A stretch of DNA of 64,000 bases from Polyangiaceae bacterium (lineage in GTDB: Bacteria > Myxococcota_A > Polyangia > Polyangiales > Polyangiaceae): positions 32,001 to 96,000 of the forward strand of contig JBILLK010000035.1 of assembly GCA_044376115.1 (NCBI GenBank), given 5' to 3'. Position 1 is the stretch's first letter. The number at the start of each line of letters is the position of its first letter. This document shows positions 1-8,593 of this stretch, piece after piece. The notes under the pieces are model-generated. The model did not search any database. It was not told the origin of the DNA and saw only the letters and a program-made list of their open reading frames with translations. A program made the position numbers and the translations under genes.

Positions 1-313
1 CAGCTACGGTTGAAGCTAGCGCGCTTTTGCGAGAAGGCAAGAAAGCCGCAACTTTGTTGTCGGGCGCGAAGGGTTGTGACCGCGAAGGGTTGTGATCGCG
101 AAGGCTTGGAACGGAGCAAATGCCAAACGACGGCGGCGAGGATGCACACGCCGGTGAGCGATAGCCCGACCAAGGCCATCGATTGGGTCGAGGGCTGAGG
201 CGTTGGTCTGCCTGCGTACAGCATTATCGCTAGACCCCAATCACGCAGTCGCTGCCCAGGCCGCCGCAGCTTGGTCAGAGCGAGCCGCGTCTCGTCGTGT
301 GATAGCGTGGCTC

Positions 314-1912
314 ATGGTCGCGCGGCTGCGTTCTCTCGGGTTTGTGGCTTTCACAGCGTGTTCGGCGGCGTCCAGCCCGGAGCTGCCCAAGCCCACGGCG
401 CTCGACTTGCCACCTGCGGAGCCGGTAGCTACGGCGCCGGTCTCGGTGGTCGCGCGGGCCGAGCTTCCGCCGCCGCGCGAACTGCAGCTGTTCATGATGT
501 CGCACTGCCCGTACGCGGTGCTCATGATCAAGCAGGTGGCGCCGATCCTGAAGGAGCTCGGGGAGCGTGTGCGCTTTCGCGCGGACTTCATCGGGGTGAA
601 CAACGACGGCGTGCTGACCTCGATGTTCAAGGAGGAGGGCGTAGCGGGTGACATCGCGATGCGCTGCGTGGAAGAGCACTCGGCGCGCTGGCTCGAGATC
701 TTCGAATGCCAAGGGAAAGACCGGAAGAACGCGGCGAAGAACTGGCGTGAATGTGGTGCTGGGCTCGGGCTCCCGGTGGATCGGGTCGAGCAATGCATCG
801 CGTCGGGGGAAGGGCGGGCGCTGCTTAGCGATAGCTACGCCGCTGCCAAAGCGGCGGGCGCGCGCGGCTCACCGACGTTGATGATCGACGGCGTGGTCTA
901 CAACGGGGCGCGGCGGGAACGAGCTCTGCGAGCCGCGTTCTGCGAGGGGCTCGGCGCGCCGAAGCCTGCGGCTTGCGAGGGCATTGCGCCGGCGCCCGAG
1001 GTGGCGGTGCAGCTCCTGACCGACAGTCGTTGCAGCGAGTGCAGCCTCGAGGCCCTCGAGAAGTCGCTGCGAGCGCAGCTCGAGACGCCGGTCTTTGGCC
1101 CGTCGCTCGACGTTGCAACGCCGGAGGGGCGAGCGGCGTTCCTGCGTGTGCAGCCCGCCAAGCTGCCGCTGGCCGTCTTCGATGCGACGCTCGATCGAGA
1201 TCCCGAGGCGCTGGCCGCTTTGGGGTCGGCGCTGAAGACGGCTCCTTCGGGTGTGCGCTTCATGGCCAAGGGAGCTTGGAACCCCGTCTGTGCAGACGCT
1301 GGCGGCTGCAAACTCGACGAGTGCAAAAGCACGCTGCAATGTCGGCAGGAGCGCCCGCTGACGTTGGAGCTCGCGTTCATGTCGAAGTGCCCGTTCTACG
1401 CGAAGGGGATCGTCGCGCTGAAGGAGACGATCGATCAGCTGCGCAAGCAGGGCGAGACGCTGTCGGTTCGTGTCGACACGATCGGAGAGACCAAGGACGG
1501 GAAGTTCATCGCGATGCACGGAGTGCGGGAGATCGAGGAGAACATGCGCCATCTGTGCGTGGCGAAGAAGTACGCAACGAAGCTGAAGTTCCTCGACTAC
1601 TTCGTGTGCCGCGCACAAGACCAGGCCTCCGACGCCTGGGAGCAGTGCACAGGCGGTACGACGGGCTTCGACGCGAAGGTGATCCGCACGTGCGCAGAAG
1701 GCGCCGAGGGGAAGGCGCTGCTCACCGCCTCCAACGCTCGTCTCATGGACGCGGGGTTGGGCGCCTCGCCAACCTGGGTCGTCAACCAGAAGTTCAAGTA
1801 CTCGCCGAAGGAGGCCACGCCGTTGCTGGGCGTCATCTGCAAGCACAACCAGCTCAAGAGCTGCGCCGTTGCGCCGTCGAGCACAGCTGCGCCAGCGAAA
1901 GGGAAGCCCTGA
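314..1912 (+). CDS. Secreted/lipoprotein with two thioredoxin-fold (DsbA/GILT-like) domains
   Basis: Signal/lipobox-like N-terminus (FVAFTAC) and Pro-rich linker. Two similar domains carry FMMSHCPY and FMSKCPF motifs plus cis-Pro loops GSPT and ASPT. ATG at 314 preferred over the ORF-track start. Confidence 0.7.
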   Translation: MVARLRSLGFVAFTACSAASSPELPKPTALDLPPAEPVATAPVSVVARAELPPPRELQLFMMSHCPYAVLMIKQVAPILKELGERVRFRADFIGVNNDGVLTSMFKEEGVAGDIAMRCVEEHSARWLEIFECQGKDRKNAAKNWRECGAGLGLPVDRVEQCIASGEGRALLSDSYAAAKAAGARGSPTLMIDGVVYNGARRERALRAAFCEGLGAPKPAACEGIAPAPEVAVQLLTDSRCSECSLEALEKSLRAQLETPVFGPSLDVATPEGRAAFLRVQPAKLPLAVFDATLDRDPEALAALGSALKTAPSGVRFMAKGAWNPVCADAGGCKLDECKSTLQCRQERPLTLELAFMSKCPFYAKGIVALKETIDQLRKQGETLSVRVDTIGETKDGKFIAMHGVREIEENMRHLCVAKKYATKLKFLDYFVCRAQDQASDAWEQCTGGTTGFDAKVIRTCAEGAEGKALLTASNARLMDAGLGASPTWVVNQKFKYSPKEATPLLGVICKHNQLKSCAVAPSSTAAPAKGKP

Positions 1913-1949
1913 GGATCGGCGCCGCGGGGCCGCCGTTTGTGCTCGACGA

Positions 1950-2441
1950 TCAGGGAAAGGCCACGGCAACCATCGAGGCTACAGCGGGCCCATCGTCAGG
2001 GATCTCGAGCGGCGTGAGGTGTTTACGCAGACACTCGGCGAGCGTCGGGTAGTCCGGCAACTCTTCCACGGAGAGCGTCTGCTGTTTGCCGTGTACGAAG
2101 AGGAACCGCACGCGCACCGTGGCGCTGACTGAAGCTGGCTCGGGACGCCAGCAGCGCTCGCGCAAGGTCGCGTGCTGGGCGGCGACCAGGCGCCGCACGA
2201 CGTCGTCCGACGAAGAGAGGACGCTGGGAATGGGCGGCGCCTTCGGCTCGGGCTGCGTGGTGGCCGCGGACGGCATCCTCGTGGGCGCGACGACCGACAC
2301 CTTCGTGAGGTTGGTCTCGACCGGCATCGTGCCTTCGGGGCTGGGGCCGCGAGCGGCCGCGAGCCCGAAGTAAAGGCCGGCGCCGACCATGGCACCGGCG
2401 CCGAGTATCGCGCCGGCCAGGAGCTTCACCTCCGCTTTCAA
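1950..2441 (-). CDS. Membrane-anchored protein with AgmX/PglI (TonB C-terminal-like) domain
   Basis: N-terminal TM helix, Pro-rich linker, VRRLVAAQHATLRERCW...LAECL pattern. Confidence 0.5.
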   Translation of the reverse strand: MKAEVKLLAGAILGAGAMVGAGLYFGLAAARGPSPEGTMPVETNLTKVSVVAPTRMPSAATTQPEPKAPPIPSVLSSSDDVVRRLVAAQHATLRERCWRPEPASVSATVRVRFLFVHGKQQTLSVEELPDYPTLAECLRKHLTPLEIPDDGPAVASMVAVAFP

Positions 2442-2448
2442 GGGCGCG

Positions 2449-3447
2449 TCAGTACTTCGGCCACTCGGAGCAGCAGTACTTGCCTGCGAGTGAGTTCGCT
2501 GCGGGGGCGACGCCGTCGAAGTTGGTGCAGTCGGCGATGTTGACCTGGATCGCCGTGTCGTCTCCCACGCGATCGGCGAGCCACGAGTTCACGATGGGCG
2601 TGAACGACCCCGAGATGCACGCGCGGCGGACCTCTTCGTGACGACAGAGGTGGGCGCCGCCGTAGAAATTCGAGCAGTCGGTGGACGCGTTGTTCCAGTT
2701 CGCCGTGAAGCTCTCGTGGTAGACGCACAGGAGGGAGCGCGCGGTGTCGACTGCCCGCGTCTGATCGGCGAACCCCACGGTCGGGCAGGTCGCCACGCTG
2801 GTCGGCCCGGCCGGACCCTGCGGGCCTGCGGGACCCTGCGAACCCGCCGGGCCTTGAAGACCCTGCGCGCCTTGAAGACCCTGCGGGCCGACGGGACCCT
2901 GCGGGCCGACGGGACCCTGCGGACCGACGGGACCCTGCGGACCGACGGGACCCTGCGGACCGACGGGACCCTGCAGACCCGTCGACGGGCCCACCCACTC
3001 ACCACTCCCGTCGATCACCGTGACGCCGTTGACGGTGACCGAGCTCGGGTTGATGTCCCCGGTCGCGTCGTTGGCGACCATCGCGAACGGCACGCTCCGC
3101 ACCTCGGCGCGTGGAGTCGCCTCCGAATCGTCACCCACGGTGACGCCCAGGAAGAGCGGCCCCGTCGCGCCGGCGAGGACGGGCGTTAGCGGCTCGGTCT
3201 CTCCGAGGGCGACCGAGTAAAAGCCGCCGTCGAAGCTGATCGTGTGGGTCTCGGTCCAGATCGCCGAACCACCGGTCGCGGTGCTGTAGAGCGCGAACTG
3301 CAAGCTGAGCGACCCGTCGATCGGCTGCCCGTTCGCGTCGAACAAGCGCCCTTGGTGGGTCAGCGTGTCGGGGACGGCGGCACGTGCCTCGCTGGCCCAG
3401 GCGCACAATGCAGACAGGCTGAGAAGGGTCGCTAAGCGGAGTTTCAT
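2449..3447 (-). CDS. Secreted collagen-like triple-helix repeat protein
   Basis: Signal peptide ending in ARA, about 20 Gly-X-Y triplets (GPQGPV) and a Cys-rich C-terminal domain. Confidence 0.85.
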   Translation of the reverse strand: MKLRLATLLSLSALCAWASEARAAVPDTLTHQGRLFDANGQPIDGSLSLQFALYSTATGGSAIWTETHTISFDGGFYSVALGETEPLTPVLAGATGPLFLGVTVGDDSEATPRAEVRSVPFAMVANDATGDINPSSVTVNGVTVIDGSGEWVGPSTGLQGPVGPQGPVGPQGPVGPQGPVGPQGPVGPQGLQGAQGLQGPAGSQGPAGPQGPAGPTSVATCPTVGFADQTRAVDTARSLLCVYHESFTANWNNASTDCSNFYGGAHLCRHEEVRRACISGSFTPIVNSWLADRVGDDTAIQVNIADCTNFDGVAPAANSLAGKYCCSEWPKY

Positions 3448-3610
3448 GGAGACATATGGTCGTGGAGGCGTGCTCGTGGGTCAACGCTCGAGTCAGGCGT
3501 CGCTCAATCTTCTTCCGGCGCGTCCGAGTCGTAGAGGTGCATCACCTCGGCTTATTCGAGCAATAGGCTCGCGCAGGGAGACGAGGTCCTCCTGCGGTGT
3601 CTTCTCTCAC

Positions 3611-4661
3611 TCACGAGGTCCAGTCTTGCATCCAGGGTTTGGCGCGGTAGCGATCCCAGGAGTCGGGGAGGACGGTGACCACCGGCCCCGTGAGATCGCT
3701 GCGGGCTGCGATGCGCAGGGCTGCGACGACGTTGGTGCCGGCTGATCCGCCGACGAGCAGGCCTTCTTCGCGTACGAGGCGTTTGACCATCGCGAAGCTC
3801 TCTTCGTCGCTGACGCGCTCGGCGCTGTCGATGACGTCGCGGTGCAGGTTGTGCGGCACGTCACTGCCTCCGATGCCCTCGACGGCGTAGGAACCGCCTG
3901 CGCCGAGGCTGCCGGTCTCGATCCAATCAGCGAGGCTCGAGCCGATTGGATCGGCGAGCACGATGCGCACGCCGGGGCACGCGGCCTTCAGTTTGCGGCC
4001 CACACCGGAGAGCGTACCTCCGGTGCCGACGCCAGCCACGAAGGCGCCTACACACCCGTTGGTCTGCTCCAAAATTTCTGCCCCGGTTGTCTCGAGGTGC
4101 GCGCGAACATTGGCCGGATTGCAAATGACTCGTGCCAAGTCTCAAGGACGAACGGGGCCTTCGGCCGTTTTTATCGCAGAGGGCCCGAGTCATTCTGTTT
4201 GCTGCATCAACCTTCGGTTGAAACTGGTCGGTGAGGAACCAGCCGTTCTCCTCGGCCATGCGTCGCGCGACGTTGCGGAAATTCTCTGGGCTGGCTGGCG
4301 GTGCGTTGGGCGTGATTACGACCTTGGCGCCGAGCGACGCGAGCGCCATGCGCTTATCGACCGACATCTTCTCTGGCATCACGCAAACCAGGCCGTAACC
4401 GCGTGCAGCGGCGACCAGCGCGAGGCCCACGCCGGTGTTGCCAGCCGTTGCTTCGATCAGCGTCATGCCAGCGCGCAGCGCTCCACGCGCCTCTGCGTCC
4501 TCGATGATCGCAAGCGCGATGCGGTCCTTGATCGAGCCGCCCGGGTTCATGTGCTCGCACTTGACGAACACAGGCTGCGCAAGGCCGCGCGCGATGCGTT
4601 GCAAAGGGACGAGCGGGGTGCTTCCGATTTGCCGCAGGATGGATTGACGGTCGTGCTTCAA
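3611..4661 (-). pseudogene. PLP-dependent cysteine synthase / cystathionine beta-synthase family gene interrupted by a 97-bp insertion
   Basis: N-half has IGSTPLV, KCEHMNPGGSIKDR (PLP lysine) and EATAGNTG; C-half has GVGTGGT, VEGIG and EEGLLVGGSAG in another frame. Removing 4124-4220 gives ...TDQF-CNPANVRAH... and one 317-aa ORF. TTG start at 4661 with GGAGG upstream. Confidence 0.9.
4124..4220 (-). mobile_element. Structured ~96-97 bp repeat element, copy 1 (inside cysteine synthase gene)
   Basis: CAACC-GAA-GGTTG hairpin, GATGCAGCAAACAG, AATGACTCGGGCC...GGCACGAGTCATT inverted repeat and GGCC-GAA-GGCC hairpin. Homologous to copies at 21125, 31933 and 32009. Confidence 0.85.
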
Positions 4662-4765
4662 GCTCCCTTGCCTCCAATCCCCGTACCCAGCGTTTCGCTC
4701 ATGCGCAGCGCGACCACGATACCGGAGGCGCAGGTGAGCGCGGCGACGGACCACATCGCGGCTGC
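4658..4765 (-). pseudogene. C-terminal fragment, probably of an MFS transporter
   Basis: Reads AAAMWSVAALTCASGIVVALRMSET...* like the last TM helix of MFS permeases. Its stop overlaps the cysteine synthase TTG (TTGA coupling); the 5' part is absent. Confidence 0.5.
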
Positions 4766-5001
4766 TCGCCAAGGACCGGGCGAAGTTCGACGGGCTGCTG
4801 CCGATCGTCAGGGCGGCGCTCGAGGCCTCCGTCGCGGGTCCCGCGCCGGACATCATCACCTTCTGGGGGCTCTTCTATCTGGTCGCGGTAGCCGACTCGA
4901 CGGACAGCTTGGTCGCCAAGGTCGCCGAAGCCAATGCGCGCTGGGGCGATAAACATGCAACGTTCGATCGAGTGATGAAGGCCGCCGTAGGCGGCTCGTA
5001 G
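4759..5001 (+). pseudogene. Orphan 3' gene fragment
   Basis: 81 open codons with strong GC3 bias (RLLAKDRAKFDGLLP...KAAVGGS*) and no suitable 5' start codon. Confidence 0.4.
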
Positions 5002-5105
5002 CGCGCCCGTCTAGGCTCGAGCAGGCGGCCTCGAGCGAAAGGCACGGTCTCGCGATTAAGCTCGATTAAGCGGCGAACCGAGCGCTCTGCGCGGATGCTT
5101 CGAGC

Positions 5106-6569
5106 ATGATGATGCGCCTTGGAATGACCTTGTACGTGGGACTGCTTGCGGGCTGTGCGACCATTGTTGTTGAGCCGAATCCGGAGGAGGCGGGAGGCTC
5201 TGATTCGACTGGAGACGGCTCGAGCGCCTCGAGCGGCGGTGAAGGCGCCGGGGCGACGACAGGCTCTACGGGCGCGGGCGCTGTCGACATCGACGCATGC
5301 CCCGGCGATTGGACGCACATCCTTGGCGGCTCCAGCGCGAACTGGTTGCGTGGGCAAGCGGTAGGTCCGGACGGCTCGGTCGCAGTGACCGTCGATAGCG
5401 TCGGCGAACTCACGGTGGACGGCGTATCGCTGGGCTTCGACGATGGTGGCTTGGCGGTGGTCAAGTTCGGTCCCACCGGTGAGTTCGAATGGGCGCGCCG
5501 CTTCGGTTCGAGTACGCAAGGGCCGAAGTTGCCGGTCGCCTTCGATCCGCAGGGCAACGTGATCGTTGGCGGTATCGGCTACGGGACGATCGACCTCGGT
5601 AACTTGGTCGCGAACCACGACGGCGCGGTGGGCTACGTCGTGAAGTATTCGCCCGACGGCGAGCCGCTTTGGTTGCAGAGTTGGTCGGTGCCGATCGAGT
5701 CCGGCGGGCTCGCCAACCTGGCGCTCGATTCCGTTGGCAACGTCTACTTCCAGGGCGCGATGGGCTACTTCGAGGGGAGCTTCGTTTGGGGCTCGCTGGT
5801 CGCCGACGGCGAGACCTTCATCGGGAAGATCTTGGCGGACGGAACGCCGGCCTGGGTGCGCGGCTTCGATGGGGTGCTGGTCGAATTCGACGGGCTGGCG
5901 ACCACGCCTAAAGATCACGTCGTGATCGGTCAATCGCTGGCGGGGACCGGCACGTTCGGCGAGGTGGAGCTCAGCTCGGTCGAGGACTTCGATCTGCTCA
6001 CGTTCGAGTTGGATAAAGACGGCGTGGTGGTCGACGCGCAGAAGTACGGCGACGCAGAGTTGCAACGTTCGTCGGGCTTGGTGACCGGCCCGACCGGCGA
6101 GCGCGCGTTGGCCGGTATCACTTGGGGCGCGCTCGACTTTGGAGCGGGCCCGGTGAGCGCGCCGGGGGCGACGGACTTCTTCGTCGCGGGGTTCGACGCA
6201 GAAGGCGAGAACACCTGGACTAAGACCGCGCCGAACAACTACGCCCCTAGCGCGATGTCGGCCACCGCCGGTGGCGGCCTCGCGCTTGTCGTCTCCGCGG
6301 AGGTTGCAGCGGCGTTCGGTTGTGGAGCGAGCGAGGCCGGTTCGGTCTTGGTGCAGGTTGACGCAAGCGGCGCCTGCCAGCTCGTCGAGCCCATCGTGTA
6401 TTGCACTGACGCTCCGTACTGTTCGATCGCCCTCGCCGACGTCGAGGTCTCTCCCGAGCGCAACGTCGTCAGCGGCTACTTCTCCGGCGAAGTCGTTCTC
6501 CGCGGCCAGCCCATCAGCGCCGATGTTTGGGACGGCTTTGTCAGCTCCAAAGGAAGCTGCGCGAAGTAG
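5106..6569 (+). CDS. Lipoprotein with beta-propeller (SBBP-like) repeats
   Basis: Lipobox LAGC, Gly/Ser linker, repeated VVKY/F-xxxG-xxxW motifs. Confidence 0.75.
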   Translation: MMMRLGMTLYVGLLAGCATIVVEPNPEEAGGSDSTGDGSSASSGGEGAGATTGSTGAGAVDIDACPGDWTHILGGSSANWLRGQAVGPDGSVAVTVDSVGELTVDGVSLGFDDGGLAVVKFGPTGEFEWARRFGSSTQGPKLPVAFDPQGNVIVGGIGYGTIDLGNLVANHDGAVGYVVKYSPDGEPLWLQSWSVPIESGGLANLALDSVGNVYFQGAMGYFEGSFVWGSLVADGETFIGKILADGTPAWVRGFDGVLVEFDGLATTPKDHVVIGQSLAGTGTFGEVELSSVEDFDLLTFELDKDGVVVDAQKYGDAELQRSSGLVTGPTGERALAGITWGALDFGAGPVSAPGATDFFVAGFDAEGENTWTKTAPNNYAPSAMSATAGGGLALVVSAEVAAAFGCGASEAGSVLVQVDASGACQLVEPIVYCTDAPYCSIALADVEVSPERNVVSGYFSGEVVLRGQPISADVWDGFVSSKGSCAK

Positions 6570-6576
6570 TCCGCGA

Positions 6577-7368
6577 CTACTTCACGACCAGCGAACCCAG
6601 CGCAGCCTCGAACACGCGGCGCGTTTCGTCGCTCGCGGGTAGGCGCAGGACGCCGAGGATGAACACGGTGTAGCCCTGGCCCTTCGAGGTTGGGTGCGGA
6701 TGCTTTCGGCGCACCTGCCAGAGCTGGGCGGGGTCGCGGCCTACCTTGCCTTTGCCCTCGACAAGCTCGACCGGCGTACCGCCGATGGTCGACGGTCGCG
6801 CCTTGCCCCACTCGGCGGAGGTGCCCGCCGAGATGCCGAGGTAGCGGCCTGCGCCGTAGTCCATCAGCGAGTCGTGGATCGCGCCGTGCTCCGCGATGAT
6901 GATGATCGCCCGCGCGGCCAGGAGCTCAGTCGTGTGAGGCTGTTTCGGGTCTCGCGGTGCCCGCAGAAATGCAAGTCGGCCCAGGTCCGAGCTCTCCGAC
7001 ATCCCGTCACCGAGCGCGAGCGTTGGCCAGTCCTCTGGCAGGCGGACCTCGGCGCCCCCGTGCTTCAACGAGCGGGGCAATGGGATGGTTGGGTCTTGGG
7101 GCGTTCCCAACCACGTCAGTGGCGGAGCTGTCGGTGGCGCCGATGCTGAGGCTGCCGACGCCGTGGCCGAGCTGGCGCTTGGATTCGCCGTCGAGCGCGC
7201 AGTCGTGAGCGCGTCGCCACTCGCGCTCGGGGCAGGGGAGCTTGTCGCGACGACTGAAGGCGAAGGCGAGGGGGGCGGCGCGGACTCGTGCACCTCGCAC
7301 GCGTCGCAACCAGCGCCGAGTACGACCCACCCGACCAGGCGGATCAGAACCTTCAGCGAGCTTGGCAC
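6577..7368 (-). CDS. Hypothetical lipoprotein
   Basis: LGAGC lipobox, Ser/Ala/Pro linker, GC3-biased codons. Confidence 0.6.
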   Translation of the reverse strand: MPSSLKVLIRLVGWVVLGAGCDACEVHESAPPPSPSPSVVATSSPAPSASGDALTTARSTANPSASSATASAASASAPPTAPPLTWLGTPQDPTIPLPRSLKHGGAEVRLPEDWPTLALGDGMSESSDLGRLAFLRAPRDPKQPHTTELLAARAIIIIAEHGAIHDSLMDYGAGRYLGISAGTSAEWGKARPSTIGGTPVELVEGKGKVGRDPAQLWQVRRKHPHPTSKGQGYTVFILGVLRLPASDETRRVFEAALGSLVVK

Positions 7369-7465
7369 CGCTTAGCTACGCTCAGCGAGTACGCGGCATT
7401 CCGCATTACTCGCGGTGGAATCACTCCCTGTCAGAAGTCGGCGCGTTGCCCGTCCTGCGAACCCC

Positions 7466-8500
7466 ATGAAGCGCAAACTTGCCTCCGTTCGAGTCGTCGA
7501 AGAGATCCTACCCATTGTGGGGGCTGATGCGATCGAGGCTGTGAGGCTCGGTGGCTGGGCCTGCGTCGTGCGCAAAGGTGCCTTTCAAGTGGGCGACCAA
7601 GGCGTCTACTTCGAGATCGACGCCGTCCCTCCGGACAGCGAGTCCTTCCGTTTTCTTTGGACGCCCAAAGGCGAGGTCCAGCGTGCGGGCCTTCGGCCGG
7701 GGAGCTTCCGCCTTCGAACCAAGAAGCTGCGTGGATGTCTCTCCCAGGGGCTGTTCATGCGCTTCGACGAACTCGGGCTGACCGGTGCTCATGAGACCGG
7801 ACAGGACCTCACCGAGCTACTCGGCGTCGAGAAGTGGGACCCCCCGCTTCCGACAGGAGCGGGAGATACGCGCGGTGCTTTTCCGGCGGCCGTACCCAAG
7901 ACCGACGAGATGCGAGTTCAGTCGGTGCCCGCCGTGCTCGATGAGCTTCGCGGACACGCTTACGTCGCCACCCAAAAGTGCGATGGGACCAGCGCGACCT
8001 TCCTGATCGATCCGTTCGATGGGACCTTTCACGCATGCAGCAGAAACTGGTCGCTCAAGGAGGGTGAGAACCTCTACTTCGCAGTGGCTCGTAAGTTCGG
8101 CGTGGAGGAGAAGCTGCGCGAGCTTGGTGGCCGCTACGCCATTCAGGGTGAGATTTGTGGCCCCGGCATTCAGAAGAACCCGATGGGGTTGGCTTCGCCG
8201 GCGCTGTTCATCTTCAGCCTGTTTGACCTTCCGGCGGGGCGCTTCCTCTCCGACCGCGAGCTGCGTGAGGTCGTTCAACGGGTCGGGCTAACCGCTGTTC
8301 CGATCGTAGAAGAAGGTGATTCCTTCGCGCACGATCAAGCGTCGCTGCTTGCCCTCGCCGAGGGGCTGTACCCTGGGACCAAGAACCAACGTGAGGGCAT
8401 CGTGGTTCGCCCGCGAGACGAGCTGTACAGCGAGACCCTTGGTGGCCGTCTCTCCTTCAAGGCGATCTCGAACAAGTACCTGCTCGACGAGCGCGACTAG
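7466..8500 (+). CDS. RNA ligase (ATP), DRB0094-like family
   Basis: N-terminal MKRKLASV..I.PI.GADAIE, nucleotidyltransferase motif I KCDGTS, QGE, EGIVV and C-terminal FKAISNKYL. Confidence 0.88.
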   Translation: MKRKLASVRVVEEILPIVGADAIEAVRLGGWACVVRKGAFQVGDQGVYFEIDAVPPDSESFRFLWTPKGEVQRAGLRPGSFRLRTKKLRGCLSQGLFMRFDELGLTGAHETGQDLTELLGVEKWDPPLPTGAGDTRGAFPAAVPKTDEMRVQSVPAVLDELRGHAYVATQKCDGTSATFLIDPFDGTFHACSRNWSLKEGENLYFAVARKFGVEEKLRELGGRYAIQGEICGPGIQKNPMGLASPALFIFSLFDLPAGRFLSDRELREVVQRVGLTAVPIVEEGDSFAHDQASLLALAEGLYPGTKNQREGIVVRPRDELYSETLGGRLSFKAISNKYLLDERD

Positions 8501-8593
8501 CCCGAGGGATGGGGTCTCCGGCTTACCGCCGACACTGGGATTCGTCCAGGCGAAAGGAACTTGCGCGAGCCGGGGATCACACCGTCATGCTGC

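Noticed and set aside
4124..4220. Ribozyme or UUCG-tetraloop RNA reading of the repeat element
   Set aside because: No hammerhead CUGANGA/GAAA core. The pairing register gives triloops rather than C(UUCG)G, and the GCA variant fits DNA GNA loops better. RNA function is not fully excluded.
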